Assembly (NCBI GenBank): GCA_030532245.1
Contig: JAUNLN010000003.1
Coordinates: 10,552 to 74,551, forward strand
Direction of reading: 5' to 3'
Length of the DNA: 64,000 nt
From: Actinomycetaceae bacterium
GTDB lineage: Bacteria; Actinomycetota; Actinomycetes; Actinomycetales; Actinomycetaceae
Part shown: positions 48,267 through 59,584 of the stretch, piece by piece
Layout: every line of letters starts with the position of its first letter
Numbering within the stretch: the stretch's first letter is position 1
Notes under the pieces: generated by a model
Database searches by the model: none
What the model was told of the DNA's origin: nothing
Seen by the model: the letters and a program-made list of their open reading frames with translations, nothing else
Position numbers and translations under genes: made by a program

Positions 48267-49520
48267 TCACCTATTTTGAGTCTCTGAGTGCCCGCTTGCT
48301 AGAGCCACAATTGCTCTCGCCACCTCGAGTTTACTTCCAGATGTAGACAGCACTTCGTTACCTTCGCCATCTACAACCACAACCTGGTTGTCGAGTGTGC
48401 CAAACCCTAGGCCGCCTCCAACCCTGTTGATTGCAATGTATTTAGCGCCCTTGCTGCGAGCCTTCGCGCGACCAAACTCGAGAATCTCTTCGTCTGAACC
48501 CGTCTCCGCGGCGAATCCAACGCACAGCAGACCCGGGAAGGCCTTAGCGGTCTCGGCCAAAATGTCGGGATTGCGAACCATTTCGAGGCTCCAACCATCC
48601 TCATTGGCCGCCGATTTCTTCACCTTTTTTGTCGCCGTTTTTGCGGGCCTAAAATCCGCAACAGCGGCTACGAAGAAACCCATGTCGTGCTCTGGTGCTG
48701 CCTCTAGCACGGCCTGGTGCATCTGTAGCGCCGACGGTGTTTCAACCACGCGCACACCCGCTGGTATGAGGCGATCGTCTACGTTTGCGCTGAACAGGGT
48801 TACTTCCGCGCCGCGCTCCACCAGCGCCTGAGCGATTGCCGCCCCCTGGCGTCCAGAGGAGTGGTTACCGACGAAGCGAACAGGGTCGATCGGCTCCCTC
48901 GTGCCGCCCGCCGTCACAAACGCCTTCACGCCCTCCAAGTCTCGGACGGGCCCGTTTTGGCCTGCGGCGAGGATCTCTTCAGCCCGCTGCCAAATAGCTT
49001 CAGGCTCGGGCATGCGGCCCGCACCCTTGTCGCCAGAAGACAGGTCGCCAGAAACCGGCTCCAAAATGTGGATACCGCGCGCCCTCAACTGCTCAACATT
49101 GTGCTTGGTTGCCGGATTGTTCCACATCGCCGTATGCATCGCGGGCACCAGCAAAACCGGGGCGGTAGAAGCCAGAACCGTGGTGGTTAGCAAATCCCCG
49201 GCAAGACCGGCGTGAATGCGGGCAATGAGGTCAGCCGTTGCCGGAGCAATAACGATGAGATCCGCGCCGCGCGCGGCCTCAACGTGGTCGACACCCGCCT
49301 CCTCATCAAAAACGCCGGTGTGCGCGGGAGCGCCACTAAGCGCCTGCCACGTGGCCTTCCCAACGAAGTTGAGACTCGCCTCCGTCGGCATCACCCGAAC
49401 CGAGTCACCCGCCTTCACAAAATGGCGAACAACCGCGGGCACCTTGTATACAGCAATGCCGGCCCCTACCCCAACAATGATTCGCCGAGGCGGGCGGCCG
49501 GCACCCAGATTAGTACTCAC
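48267..49520 (-). CDS. coaBC: Phosphopantothenoylcysteine decarboxylase/ligase
   Basis: GIAVYK, APATAD, PAMHTAMW, TAGGTREPIDPVRFVGNHSSG, GFAAET. Confidence 0.95.
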   Translation of the reverse strand: MSTNLGAGRPPRRIIVGVGAGIAVYKVPAVVRHFVKAGDSVRVMPTEASLNFVGKATWQALSGAPAHTGVFDEEAGVDHVEAARGADLIVIAPATADLIARIHAGLAGDLLTTTVLASTAPVLLVPAMHTAMWNNPATKHNVEQLRARGIHILEPVSGDLSSGDKGAGRMPEPEAIWQRAEEILAAGQNGPVRDLEGVKAFVTAGGTREPIDPVRFVGNHSSGRQGAAIAQALVERGAEVTLFSANVDDRLIPAGVRVVETPSALQMHQAVLEAAPEHDMGFFVAAVADFRPAKTATKKVKKSAANEDGWSLEMVRNPDILAETAKAFPGLLCVGFAAETGSDEEILEFGRAKARSKGAKYIAINRVGGGLGFGTLDNQVVVVDGEGNEVLSTSGSKLEVARAIVALASGHSETQNR

Positions 49521-49535
49521 TTGGATCTACTCGCG

Positions 49536-49805
49536 TTAGTCGAGGTCCGGAGCTTCTTCCATGACCAGCAGACCCTCGTTAATCTCACGAAGCGCGGTAC
49601 CAAGCGGCTTGTCATCCGCCTCAACCGGAACAACCGGACCTACGAACTGGACCATGTTCGACTCGAGCTGCAGGTTGTAGGAGTTAATCTGACGCGCGCG
49701 GCGAGCAGCGAAAACAACCAGAGCGTACTTCGAATCGACCTTCTCCATGAGCTCATCGATCGGCGGGTTTGTAATGCCTTCAGGATGGGCGACGATTCCC
49801 GACAT
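49536..49805 (-). CDS. rpoZ: RNA polymerase omega subunit
   Basis: [32 protein letters not shown]. Confidence 0.96.
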   Translation of the reverse strand: MSGIVAHPEGITNPPIDELMEKVDSKYALVVFAARRARQINSYNLQLESNMVQFVGPVVPVEADDKPLGTALREINEGLLVMEEAPDLD

Positions 49806-49835
49806 GAATCCTCCTTGTTACGTAACTGTTAAATA

Positions 49836-50402
49836 CTACGCTAACCCCATGAGACTAGCCAGCTCACGCGCTGTGCGATCCACCTCTAGGTTCACAACAA
49901 CCTCATCGAACTCGCCCTGCGCTTCCATCTCTAGGCGCGCGGTTTGGAGGCGGCGCTCCATCTCCTCCTCCGTCTCCGAGCCGCGGCCGCGAAGACGCGA
50001 AACCAGTTCATCCCAAGAGGGAGGCGCGAGGAAAATCATGTGCGCATCCGGCATCTGCTCTCGCACGAGCCTCGCACCGGCAAGGTCGATCTCCAGCAGG
50101 GCTGCACGGCCAGACTCGAGTGCCTCCTCAATCGGGCGGCGCGGCGTGCCGTAGTAGTTCATGCCGTGAACCTCGGCCCACTCCAGGAAATCACCCTCGT
50201 CTACCATCTGCTTGAACTTCTCGCGCGAAATGAAATGGTAGTGTTTACCATCCACCTCACCGGGGCGAGCCGGGCGCGTTGTCGCCGAGATTGAAAGGTA
50301 AATCTCGGGGTACAGCTCGAGTAGGCGCGCAACGACCGTTCCTTTTCCAACCGCGGTTGGACCAACAAGCACTGTTAGACGATGTTTTTCCATGCCTCTC
50401 AT
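49836..50402 (-). CDS. gmk: Guanylate kinase
   Basis: GPTAVGKGT, SATTRPARPGEVDG, YGTP, EIDLAGA. Confidence 0.96.
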   Translation of the reverse strand: MRGMEKHRLTVLVGPTAVGKGTVVARLLELYPEIYLSISATTRPARPGEVDGKHYHFISREKFKQMVDEGDFLEWAEVHGMNYYGTPRRPIEEALESGRAALLEIDLAGARLVREQMPDAHMIFLAPPSWDELVSRLRGRGSETEEEMERRLQTARLEMEAQGEFDEVVVNLEVDRTARELASLMGLA

Positions 50403-51244
50403 TATGAGACCTCGGCAAGAGTGCGCCTAATTTCAAGGTTCGTCGCCTCGAGGGCGGCGCGCAGGTTAGCCGGGTTTGGGCCGGCCTGCAGGATCGCGCG
50501 CGAGGACGACACGAGAATGTTGAGGTTCGCATCCGAGGCTTGCACGCTGCCTCCCTGCGCACCAAAACCGGGCATGAGGATCGGGCCGGTGAAACCTGTG
50601 AGGGCTTCGCCTAGCACCTCGGAGCGGTCCGGTATCGTCGCGCCGATAACCACGCCGAACGAGCCAATCTTGTTTTCAGGCACGAACTCGCGGTTCTTCT
50701 CCCCCGCCCACGCCACGACGCGGCCGGCCACGGTTTGGCCCTCGCCGATCGAACGCTGCAGGGTCGCACCCTCCGGGTTGGACGTGAGGGCAAGCGCGAA
50801 CAAACCCTTACCGTGCTTCGCGGCAAGCTCCGCGGTTGCATCGAACGCGGCCGGGCCCATGTAGGGAGCAACCGTGATCGCGTCAGCCTCGATAGGGGCG
50901 CCGGCCGGCAGGTACGCGTCAGCGTAGCCGGCCATCGTCGAGCCGATGTCTCCGCGCTTCACGTCGAGCACGGTCAGTACGCCTAGCTCTCGCGCACCGG
51001 CGAGCAGCTCCTCCAGCACGGCGATACCGGCCGAGCCGAAGCGCTCGAAGAATGCCGACTGCGGCTTAATCGCCGCCGCACCGGCAAGCCCCTCGAGTGC
51101 GCGCTTAGAAAACTCGGCCAATCCCTGGGCTGTGTCGGGCAAACCCCATGCGGACAGAAGCCTTGCGTGCGGGTCGACGCCGGCGCACACCGGGCCGCGC
51201 TCCTCAATCGCTCGCTCTAGGCGAGCACCAAATGCCTCAGGCAT
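50402..51244 (-). CDS. pyrF: Orotidine-5'-phosphate decarboxylase
   Basis: [33 protein letters not shown]; start ATG 51244. Confidence 0.95.
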   Translation of the reverse strand: MPEAFGARLERAIEERGPVCAGVDPHARLLSAWGLPDTAQGLAEFSKRALEGLAGAAAIKPQSAFFERFGSAGIAVLEELLAGARELGVLTVLDVKRGDIGSTMAGYADAYLPAGAPIEADAITVAPYMGPAAFDATAELAAKHGKGLFALALTSNPEGATLQRSIGEGQTVAGRVVAWAGEKNREFVPENKIGSFGVVIGATIPDRSEVLGEALTGFTGPILMPGFGAQGGSVQASDANLNILVSSSRAILQAGPNPANLRAALEATNLEIRRTLAEVS

Positions 51245-54200
51245 GGGCCTGCCTCCTCGCCTCACGCTCAACATCCCACTCCTGGAGTGACTTGATCGAG
51301 AACTGGCCCGCGCGGTTCGCCTCAATCGCACGCACAGCCGCGTTGAAAGCCGGCAGCGTCGTGATGATCGCCTTGCCCGAGGAGGTTGCGGCCGCGCGAA
51401 TCTTGTAGCCGTCGCGGCGCTCAGACTCACCCTGCGGGGTGTTCACAATCATGTCGATTTCGCCCGAATAGATGAGGTCGGTAACCGTCTGCTCGCCACC
51501 CTTGCGCTCGGACTCCTTCGCGACAACCTCAACCTCAATGTCGTTGCGGCGAAGCACCGAGGCCGTGCCGGCGGTTGCGAGCACCTTGAAGCCCATTTCC
51601 ACGAGCTTTGCGGTCGGCAGGATCATGCCGCGCTTGTCCGAATCCGCAATCGAGATGAAGACCGTGCCACTGGTCGGCAAGCCACCGTAAGCGGCATCCT
51701 GGGACTTCGCGTAAGCAGCCGGGAACGACCTGTCGAGGCCCATAACCTCACCCGTGGAACGCATCTCAGGGCCGAGTAGCGAATCCACGACGTCGCCGCT
51801 TGAGTCGCGGAAACGGTCGAACGGGAGCACAGCTTCCTTAACCGAAACCGGCTCGTCCATCTCGTGACTGCGCTGATCGCGCGCGGGAAGCTCACCGCGG
51901 CTACGCAACTGCGCAATTGTCTCGCCCATCTGGATCTTCGCCGCCGCGCGAGCAAGCGACACACCCGACGACTTCGACGCGAATGGAACCGTGCGCGATG
52001 CGCGCGGATTCGCCTCAATCACGTAGAGCACGTCGGCCGCTAAAGCGAACTGAATGTTCAAAAGGCCGCGCACGCCAACGCCCTTCGCGATCGCCTCAGT
52101 TGAGCGCACAATCCGGTCGATCTGACGCTCGGACAGAGTCATCGGAGGCATCACGCAAGCCGAGTCGCCAGAGTGGATACCCGCCTCCTCAATGTGCTCC
52201 ATGATGCCACCCATGAACAGTTCCTCACCGTCATAGAGCGCGTCCACGTCAATCTCCGCCGCGTCGTCGAGGAAGCGGTCGATGAGGAGCGGCCCGTTTG
52301 CGAACGCCTCATCGCCAAAGCGCTCGAGGTAGTCGACGAGGCCCTCCTCGTAGTAGATGATCTCCATGCCGCGACCACCGAGCACGAACGAGGGGCGAAC
52401 CAGGATCGGGTAACCGACCTCGAGGGCCGCCTCAAGCGCTGCGGTCGCACTTGTTGCGGTCTCGTGCGCGGGAGCGGGCAAACCCGCCTCGTCTAGCACG
52501 CGGCCAAACGCCTCCCGGTCTTCAGCCAGGTTGATCGAAGCCGGACTCGTGCCAACGATCGGCACGCCAGCCGCCTCCAACTCGTCGGCGAGCGCGAGCG
52601 GAGTCTGGCCGCCAAGCTGCACGAGAACGCCCGCAATCGGGCCGGCCGCCTGCTCCGTCTCATAAACCTCAAGCACGTCTTCAAGCGTCAGCGGCTCAAA
52701 GTAGAGGCGCGAGGAAATGTCGTAGTCGGTCGAAACCGTCTCCGGGTTGCAGTTCACCATAATCGTGTCGTACTCATCCTGGAGCGCCAAGGTTGCGTGC
52801 ACGCACGAGTAGTCGAACTCAATACCCTGACCAATACGGTTCGGGCCCGAACCAAGGATAATCACCGCGGGCCGCTCGCGCTGCTCGATCTCGGAGAAAT
52901 CCTCATACGTCGAGTAGTAGTACGGCGTTTCCGCATCGAACCTACCCGCGCAGGTATCCACGGCCTTGTACACCGGGTGAATGCGGTAAGCGCGGCGAAT
53001 CTCGCGCACAACCTCCTCCGACATGCCGCGAATCGACGCGATCTGAGAGTCGGAGAAACCGTGGCGCTTAGCCCGGCGAAGCACGCTTGCAGAAAGCGCG
53101 TCGGCGTCCATGATTTCGCGCGCAACCGATTCGATCAGCTGCATCTGGTCGATGAACCACGGGTCGATAGCCGTCGCCTCATTGATCTGCTCGGTGGTTG
53201 CACCGCCGCGGATCGCCTGCTGCACGAGCACGAGACGATCCTGCGTTGGAGTTGCCGCCTTCTTTAGGATCTGCTCGATCTGCTCCTCATCCGGCGCCTC
53301 GCCATCCCAGTGGAACGACACTCCCGCCTTGTCGATCGAACGCTGTGCCTTCAGCAAAGCCTCGGAGTACGTGCGGCCAATCGCCATGGCCTCACCAACC
53401 GACTTCATCGACGTGGTAAGCGTCTGGTCGGAAGCGGGGAACTTCTCGAACGCAAAGCGCGGAACCTTCACCACAACGTAGTCGATCATCGGCGAGTCAG
53501 CCGCAGTGCGCGCGGGCGCGATATCCGACTGGATCTCGTCAAGGTTGTAGCCAATCGCAAGACGCGCCGCGATCTTCGCAATCGGAATACCCGTAGCCTT
53601 CGAAGCGAGCGCGGAGGAGCGAGACACGCGCGGATTCATCTCAATCACGACAATGCGCCCATCGGCCGGGTTGAGTGCGAACTGGATGTTACAGCCGCCC
53701 TGGTTCACGCCAACCTTTTCGATCACATCGCTACCGATGCGCACCAGCTCGTCGATCTCACCCTGGGTGAGCGTGAGCGCGGGTGCAACCGTGATCGAGT
53801 CACCCGTGTGAACGCCAACCGGGTCGACGTTCTCGATTGTCGTCACGAGCATCGTGTGACCCGTACGGTCGCGAATCACCTCGAGCTCGAGTTCCTTCCA
53901 GCCAAGGATCGACTCCTCGAGGAGCACCTCGGTGGTCAGCGAATCGCGTAAGCCGTGCTCCACGAACCGCGTCAATTCCTCCTCATTGTGAGCAAAACCA
54001 GAGCCCAGGCCGCCCATCGTGAACGAGGGACGCACAACGAGGGGGTAGCCGAGCTCGTCAGCCGCCTTGAACGCGTCTTCGAGCGAGTGTGCAATGCGAG
54101 AACGCGCCACCTCGGCGCCGCAAGCCTCGACCACGGCCTTGAACTCGTCGCGATCCTCACCTGCGCGGATCGTGTCGGCGCTCGCACCGATCATCTCCAC

Positions 54201-54536
54201 GCCATACTTTTCAAGAATCCCCGCCTCGGCAAGATTCATCGCCGCGTTCAGCGCCGTCTGGCCGCCGAGCGTTGGCAGGAGCGCATCCGGGCGTTCCTTC
54301 TCAATAATCTGCTCAATCACGGAAGTGGTGATCGGCTCAATGTAGGTTGCATCCGCCATATTCGGATCCGTCATAATCGTCGCCGGATTCGAATTCACGA
54401 GGATAACGCGAACGCCCTCCTCGCGAAGCACGCGGCAAGCCTGCGAACCCGAATAGTCGAACTCGCACGCCTGGCCGATCACAATCGGGCCCGAGCCGAT
54501 CACGAGAACGGACTTTAGATCTTCTCTGCGCGGCAT
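51237..54536 (-). CDS. carB: Carbamoyl-phosphate synthase large subunit
   Basis: [54 protein letters not shown] domain. Confidence 0.97.
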   Translation of the reverse strand: MPRREDLKSVLVIGSGPIVIGQACEFDYSGSQACRVLREEGVRVILVNSNPATIMTDPNMADATYIEPITTSVIEQIIEKERPDALLPTLGGQTALNAAMNLAEAGILEKYGVEMIGASADTIRAGEDRDEFKAVVEACGAEVARSRIAHSLEDAFKAADELGYPLVVRPSFTMGGLGSGFAHNEEELTRFVEHGLRDSLTTEVLLEESILGWKELELEVIRDRTGHTMLVTTIENVDPVGVHTGDSITVAPALTLTQGEIDELVRIGSDVIEKVGVNQGGCNIQFALNPADGRIVVIEMNPRVSRSSALASKATGIPIAKIAARLAIGYNLDEIQSDIAPARTAADSPMIDYVVVKVPRFAFEKFPASDQTLTTSMKSVGEAMAIGRTYSEALLKAQRSIDKAGVSFHWDGEAPDEEQIEQILKKAATPTQDRLVLVQQAIRGGATTEQINEATAIDPWFIDQMQLIESVAREIMDADALSASVLRRAKRHGFSDSQIASIRGMSEEVVREIRRAYRIHPVYKAVDTCAGRFDAETPYYYSTYEDFSEIEQRERPAVIILGSGPNRIGQGIEFDYSCVHATLALQDEYDTIMVNCNPETVSTDYDISSRLYFEPLTLEDVLEVYETEQAAGPIAGVLVQLGGQTPLALADELEAAGVPIVGTSPASINLAEDREAFGRVLDEAGLPAPAHETATSATAALEAALEVGYPILVRPSFVLGGRGMEIIYYEEGLVDYLERFGDEAFANGPLLIDRFLDDAAEIDVDALYDGEELFMGGIMEHIEEAGIHSGDSACVMPPMTLSERQIDRIVRSTEAIAKGVGVRGLLNIQFALAADVLYVIEANPRASRTVPFASKSSGVSLARAAAKIQMGETIAQLRSRGELPARDQRSHEMDEPVSVKEAVLPFDRFRDSSGDVVDSLLGPEMRSTGEVMGLDRSFPAAYAKSQDAAYGGLPTSGTVFISIADSDKRGMILPTAKLVEMGFKVLATAGTASVLRRNDIEVEVVAKESERKGGEQTVTDLIYSGEIDMIVNTPQGESERRDGYKIRAAATSSGKAIITTLPAFNAAVRAIEANRAGQFSIKSLQEWDVEREARRQAHA

Positions 54537-55012
54537 TACTTAGCCTCCCTAACGCGATCACACATCTGCTCGACAATGCTCTTTGGAAGCGGAGCATCAA
54601 TATCAACCTCGGGTAGTTCCCCACCCGAGAAGATGCCCACCCGAAGCGACTCGTCGCGAATAGCCAGTTTCACAAGCGCGCGCGTATCAACCTCTTGAAT
54701 GCCAACCACGCCGGCGTCTTCAAGCGCGGTTTCAAGCTCGCCCTGCGACTGCCAGTTCGAGGCTCGCAGCGCCGCCTCACGCACCACGATTCCGGAGGCA
54801 ACCAGAGCCGGATTTGCGCTCACACCCACGTTTCCAATGTGCGGGGTCGTGAACACCACGACCTTGCCAGAGCTTGTCGCTGCCTCCAGGCTCTTTTGGT
54901 AATCGGATACAGATGAATCGATCTCTACGAGGCCGCTTACGAAGCCGCTCGCACCATAGGCGGAGCCGCGGAAAACGTGGCCGTCAGAAGTGATCAGGAG
55001 TGCGGGTTTCAC
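54536..55012 (-). CDS. carA: CarA-like protein, N-terminal domain only (no glutaminase domain)
   Basis: [26 protein letters not shown]; only 158 aa; overlaps pyrC stop and carB start. Confidence 0.85.
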   Translation of the reverse strand: MKPALLITSDGHVFRGSAYGASGFVSGLVEIDSSVSDYQKSLEAATSSGKVVVFTTPHIGNVGVSANPALVASGIVVREAALRASNWQSQGELETALEDAGVVGIQEVDTRALVKLAIRDESLRVGIFSGGELPEVDIDAPLPKSIVEQMCDRVREAK

Positions 55013-56316
55013 TTATCCTCCCCTACAGGCTCGCCCTCGCGAACCGTGATCTTACCGCGGTAGACCGTGTACATAACCTGGCCCTTCAAGGTCTCCCCAA
55101 CGTACGGGGTGTTCGTCGAACGCGACCACTGCTTGTTCTCATCGATCACGCGCTCAACGCTCGGATCAACAAACGCGAGGTTCGCAAACGAGCCCTCCTC
55201 GATCGGCTGCCCCTGCCCCTCTGCAAGCCCGATCTTGGCCGGCTTCTCCGACATGACCCTCGCAATGTCACGCCACGTCATGCGGCCCGTGTCAACCATC
55301 GTCGTGATCAGCACAGGAAGCGCGGTCTCAAGGCCTGTCATGCCAAACGCGCCGGCCTGCCACTCGCAGTCCTTGCTCTCCAGCGGGTGCGGAGCATGAT
55401 CCGTACCCACCACGTCGATCGTGCCGTCTTCCAGCGCGTCGCGCAGCGCCTCAACGTCTGCGGCAGAGCGAAGCGGAGGATTCACCTTGTAGCGCGGATC
55501 GTAGGAGCTCGCGCGCTCCTCGGTTAGGTACAGGTGGTGAGGGGTTGCCTCAACGGTTACGTTCACTCCGCGTCGCTTCGCCTCGCGAATCTGCTCAATC
55601 GAGCCCTTCGTGGAGGCGTGAAGCACGTGGTATCGCGAACCAACGTGATCACAAAGCGCGATATCTCGGGCAATAATCGCCTCCTCGGCAACTGCCGGCC
55701 AACCGGTTAGACCAAGCTTTGCCGAAAGGGGCGACTCGTTCATCTGCGAGCCCTCCGTTAGCGCAGGATCCTGAGCGTGCTGCGCGATAACGCCTCCGAA
55801 CGTCTTCACGTATTCGAGTGCGCGGCGCATTAGGACGGGGTCGGCAACGCACTTGCCATCGTCGGAAAACACGCGCACCTTCGCCTCCGAGTTCGCCATC
55901 GCGCTCATCGCCGAGAGGGTCTTGCCCTCCAGGCCAGCGGTCACGGCACCAACCGGGTAAACCTCAACGAAGCCGGCGCGCTCACCGAGCGCCTTCACCT
56001 GCTCCACAACCGAAGCCGTATCGGCAACCGGATTCGTATTCGCCATCGCGAACACGCACGTGTAGCCACCAACTGCCGCCGCGCGAGTACCCGTAAACAC
56101 AGTCTCCGCGTCCTCCTGACCCGGCTCGCGCAGGTGCGTGTGCAGGTCAACTAGGCCAGGCAATGCCACCAGGCCGGCTACATCGATAACCTCCGCATTC
56201 GGAACAGCGGCCCTCGCCTCATCGCCGACCGCAACGATCTTGTCACCTCGAACCGCAATATCAGCGGGCTCTTCACCGTAGGGGCGTGCGCCTACAAACA
56301 GAATCTCTTTACTCAT
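55009..56316 (-). CDS. pyrC: Dihydroorotase
   Basis: [27 protein letters not shown]. Confidence 0.96.
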   Translation of the reverse strand: MSKEILFVGARPYGEEPADIAVRGDKIVAVGDEARAAVPNAEVIDVAGLVALPGLVDLHTHLREPGQEDAETVFTGTRAAAVGGYTCVFAMANTNPVADTASVVEQVKALGERAGFVEVYPVGAVTAGLEGKTLSAMSAMANSEAKVRVFSDDGKCVADPVLMRRALEYVKTFGGVIAQHAQDPALTEGSQMNESPLSAKLGLTGWPAVAEEAIIARDIALCDHVGSRYHVLHASTKGSIEQIREAKRRGVNVTVEATPHHLYLTEERASSYDPRYKVNPPLRSAADVEALRDALEDGTIDVVGTDHAPHPLESKDCEWQAGAFGMTGLETALPVLITTMVDTGRMTWRDIARVMSEKPAKIGLAEGQGQPIEEGSFANLAFVDPSVERVIDENKQWSRSTNTPYVGETLKGQVMYTVYRGKITVREGEPVGEDK

Positions 56317-57280
56317 GGATGCTCTCCTTTGACGCGAGAAGTAGGTAGAGCGCAGCCATTCGCACGCTCACCCCGTTGTTTACCTGTTCGACAATCACAG
56401 AACGGCTCGAATCAGCCGCCTGCGCGCAGATCTCCAAACCACGGTTTAGGGGACCCGGATGCATAATCACCGCACGCTTGTTCAGCCGCTCAAAGCGGTC
56501 GATATCAAGGGCGTACGAGTGGTGGTACTCCGCGGGAGACGGGAAGTAGCCGCCACCCGCAGCGCTCATGCGCTCGCGCTGAACCCGCAGCATAATCACC
56601 GCGTCGGGGCCCTGCGCAAGCGCCTCATCGAAATCATAAGTTACGTCGCACGGCCAGCCCTCAACGCCAACCGGCATTAGCGTTGGCGGCGCCACCAGCG
56701 TGACGCGGGCGCCGAGCATCGACATGAGGTCGACGTTCGAGCGGGCAACGCGCGAGTGGAGAATGTCGCCAACGATTACGACGTGCGCGCCCTCCAAAGT
56801 CGAACCCGGTTCGGCCGGGCGACCCTCGTTCGTGTAGTGGCGGCGAAGCGTCATCGCGTCGAGCAGCGCCTGCGTGGGATGCTGATGCGTGCCATCTCCC
56901 GCATTCAACACCGGGAGCTTGATCCAACCCGCGTGCGCGAGACGGTGTGCCGCACCCGAACTGCGGTGCCTCACAACTACGGCGTCCGCTCCCATCGCCT
57001 GCAAGGTCAGAGCCGTGTCTTTCAAAGACTCACCCTTAGAAACCGACGAGCCCTTCGCCGAAAAGTTGATCACATCGGCAGACAGGCGCTTAGCCGCAGC
57101 CTCAAACGAAAGCCTCGTGCGAGTCGAATCCTCAAAAAACAGGTTAATAACCGTCTTACCGCGAAGCGTCGGCAACTTCTTAACCGCCCGCGACTGCGTT
57201 GCAGCCATCGCCTCCGCAACGTCGAGAAGGCGAAGCGCCTCCTCCAAACTCAAATCCTCAATCGAAATCAGGTGCTTCAC
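56309..57280 (-). CDS. pyrB: Aspartate carbamoyltransferase
   Basis: [29 protein letters not shown]. Confidence 0.97.
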   Translation of the reverse strand: MKHLISIEDLSLEEALRLLDVAEAMAATQSRAVKKLPTLRGKTVINLFFEDSTRTRLSFEAAAKRLSADVINFSAKGSSVSKGESLKDTALTLQAMGADAVVVRHRSSGAAHRLAHAGWIKLPVLNAGDGTHQHPTQALLDAMTLRRHYTNEGRPAEPGSTLEGAHVVIVGDILHSRVARSNVDLMSMLGARVTLVAPPTLMPVGVEGWPCDVTYDFDEALAQGPDAVIMLRVQRERMSAAGGGYFPSPAEYHHSYALDIDRFERLNKRAVIMHPGPLNRGLEICAQAADSSRSVIVEQVNNGVSVRMAALYLLLASKESIHE

Positions 57281-57816
57281 TACTTCTCCCGAATAACAAC
57301 GCGGTCGGCCCCATCAATCTCAGCCAGTTCAATCTCAACGGATTCCCTGCGAGACGTAGGAAGATTCTTGCCCACAAAATCAGGGCGAATCGGCAGTTCG
57401 CGGTGACCGCGATCAACCAAAACGGCGAGCTTCACCTCGCGAGGACGCCCCAAATCAAACAGGGCATCAAGTGCAGCCTTCACCGTGCGACCCGTGTAAA
57501 GCACATCATCAACAAGAATCACCGTCTTGCCGTCAATACCACCATCGGGAATCTCCGTCGGATGCGGCGTGCGAATCGGATTGCTCGCCAAATCGTCGCG
57601 GTACATCGTAATGTCGAGCGCACCGGCCTCAATCTTCTCGCCCGTGATCTCCGTCAGCCTCTTTGCAAACCGATCAGCGAGAGGCACTCCCCTCGTCGGG
57701 ATACCCAGCACCACCAGATCACTAGCGCCCTCAGTGCGCTCCACAACCTCATAGCAAATGCGCGACACAGCGCGCGAAACCTGGCCCTCATCGAGAACCG
57801 TCTTCACCTGTGGCAT
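57280..57816 (-). CDS. pyrR: Pyrimidine operon regulator / UPRTase
   Basis: [42 protein letters not shown]; start ATG 57816. Confidence 0.96.
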   Translation of the reverse strand: MPQVKTVLDEGQVSRAVSRICYEVVERTEGASDLVVLGIPTRGVPLADRFAKRLTEITGEKIEAGALDITMYRDDLASNPIRTPHPTEIPDGGIDGKTVILVDDVLYTGRTVKAALDALFDLGRPREVKLAVLVDRGHRELPIRPDFVGKNLPTSRRESVEIELAEIDGADRVVIREK

Positions 57817-57825
57817 AAACTCCAC

Positions 57826-57856
57826 CTTTCCCGCCTCACAGGACGGCTTTAAAGGA
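57826..57856 (-). promoter_or_regulatory. PyrR-binding RNA hairpin
   Basis: CCTTTAAAGCCGTCCTGTGAGGCGGGAAAGG contains the UCCNGNGAGGY consensus. Confidence 0.85.
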
Positions 57857-57873
57857 TCGATACCTAAAATGTA

Positions 57874-57903
57874 ACGCCCGAGCCGGTAAACCGTCTCGGG
57901 CGT
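57874..57903 (-). terminator. Hairpin after nusB
   Basis: ACGCCCGAG...CTCGGGCGT. Confidence 0.6.
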
Positions 57904-57907
57904 CTCA

Positions 57908-58456
57908 TCAAGAAATATTCAATTGTTCACTCGAATCATCGAGTGCTTCGCCGGTCTCATCCGGCTCATCAGACTCCTCGTCGCGCGGAGCAAGTGCCGC
58001 AGCAAACGCCTCATCCGTCTGGCGCACCCTCGCCGCATCCTTACGAACCGCGTCGAGAATACCGTTTACCACACCCGGAGAATCATCCGTCGAGATCTCC
58101 TTCGCGATCGTAACCGCCTCATCAATCGCAGTTACCGGCGGCACGTCGTTATTCCACACGATCTCCCACGCGCCAACGCGCAAAATCGCGCGATCCGCAG
58201 ACGGCAACCTATCAAAATCGCGAGTGGTCGTGTGAAGCACAAGCAGATCGTCGATCTGATAAATGCGCTCCGCAATCCCCTCCACAATCTCGATCGCATA
58301 CTCCGGGAGCGGAGTCTGCGCCGCAGTCACCTGTTTGCGCGCGGCAAGGAGTTCGCGAATACCATCCGGAGAAAGCTCCCCGCGCTGGTCCGCCTCAAAA
58401 ATCGTGTCTACAGCACGCTTGCGGGCGCGCGTTCTAGACGTGATCCTATGCTTCAT
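57908..58456 (-). CDS. nusB: Transcription antitermination factor NusB
   Basis: RTRARKRAV, DRAILR, AIDEAV..AK, VNGILD. Confidence 0.94.
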   Translation of the reverse strand: MKHRITSRTRARKRAVDTIFEADQRGELSPDGIRELLAARKQVTAAQTPLPEYAIEIVEGIAERIYQIDDLLVLHTTTRDFDRLPSADRAILRVGAWEIVWNNDVPPVTAIDEAVTIAKEISTDDSPGVVNGILDAVRKDAARVRQTDEAFAAALAPRDEESDEPDETGEALDDSSEQLNIS

Positions 58457-59019
58457 TAGTCGTTCACGCGGCCAGCGTACTCGCCCGTGCGGGTATCAAT
58501 CTTGATGCGCGTACCCTGATCAACGAACAGCGGCACCTGCACCTCGTAGCCCGTCTCAACCGTGGCCGGCTTCGTGCCAGCGTTGGAGCGGTCGCCCTGA
58601 ACACCCGGCTCGGTGTAGGTGATCTCAAGAACAACGTTCGCAGGAAGGTCAACGGCGAGCACGCGACCCTCATACATCGAAACGATCGCGTCCTGGTTCT
58701 CAACCATGTAGTTCTTCAGGTCGCCAACAACCTCGGCGGTCACGAGAACCTGATCGTAGGTGGATGCGTCCATGAACACGTAGTCGTTGCCATCCTGGTA
58801 CAGGTACGTCATGTCGCGGCGGTCAACCGTAGCGGTCTCAACCTTCACGCCAGCGTTAAACGTCTTATCAACGATCTTGCCAGTTAGAACATTCTTGATC
58901 TTCGTACGTACGAACGCCGGGCCCTTGCCAGGCTTCACATGCTGAAACTCGACCACCGACCACAGCTGGTTGTCGATGTTCAGAACCATTCCGTTCTTCA
59001 AATCATTAGTCGTTGCCAC
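58456..59019 (-). CDS. efp: Elongation factor P
   Basis: [31 protein letters not shown]. Confidence 0.97.
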   Translation of the reverse strand: MATTNDLKNGMVLNIDNQLWSVVEFQHVKPGKGPAFVRTKIKNVLTGKIVDKTFNAGVKVETATVDRRDMTYLYQDGNDYVFMDASTYDQVLVTAEVVGDLKNYMVENQDAIVSMYEGRVLAVDLPANVVLEITYTEPGVQGDRSNAGTKPATVETGYEVQVPLFVDQGTRIKIDTRTGEYAGRVND

Positions 59020-59068
59020 GAATGTTCCTTACAGTTTGAGTTTTAGTTCCGCTATAGGATAACCCGAT

Positions 59069-59584
59069 TTACGCGGTAAATGCGAGTATCCGACTCGCCA
59101 CGTGCTCAGGTTTCGACAGTGAGGTATCGATCACTAGGTCTGCAAGCCCCTCAAAATCCGCCCGGTAGCTCGCCACCATGTCGGCAAGAATCCTCCTCGT
59201 CGGCCCAAGAGCCACCGACCGAGGAGCGTTCAGCCCCGTCCTGCGCATCAGAGTCGACGTATCGGCAAACAACTCCACAACCGTCGCCCCACTCTCGCGA
59301 AGCTTTCCAAGCAGCTGCGCCACCTCCTCCTCGCGGGTAGAACCCGGAGAAAGAGCCACAACACCATCTGCACCAAGAATCTCCCGAGCAACCTTTAGAG
59401 AAGCTTCCTCGTACGCCTGCTCGCCCCTGCGAACAAGAAACTCAGAGGGATCCTCCCCTATCAAACGCTCGAAATACGCGTCAAAATCGTGAAAATCGGC
59501 GCCCGACTGCGCGGCAATCTGCTCGCCCACAGCCGTTTTCCCAGCTCCTGAAACACCGATCAAAACGATCTGGTTAGGCATCAA
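59069..59584 (-). CDS. Shikimate-kinase-like P-loop protein (degenerate substrate site)
   Basis: GVSGAGKT, HDFD; GGG and FR motifs not conserved. Confidence 0.75.
   Translation of the reverse strand: MMPNQIVLIGVSGAGKTAVGEQIAAQSGADFHDFDAYFERLIGEDPSEFLVRRGEQAYEEASLKVAREILGADGVVALSPGSTREEEVAQLLGKLRESGATVVELFADTSTLMRRTGLNAPRSVALGPTRRILADMVASYRADFEGLADLVIDTSLSKPEHVASRILAFTA

Noticed and set aside
30939-51430. Extended starts of lnt (31064), rsmB (43211) and pyrF (51430) in the ORF track
   Set aside because: They overlap upstream genes; coupled downstream starts fit the family N-termini.
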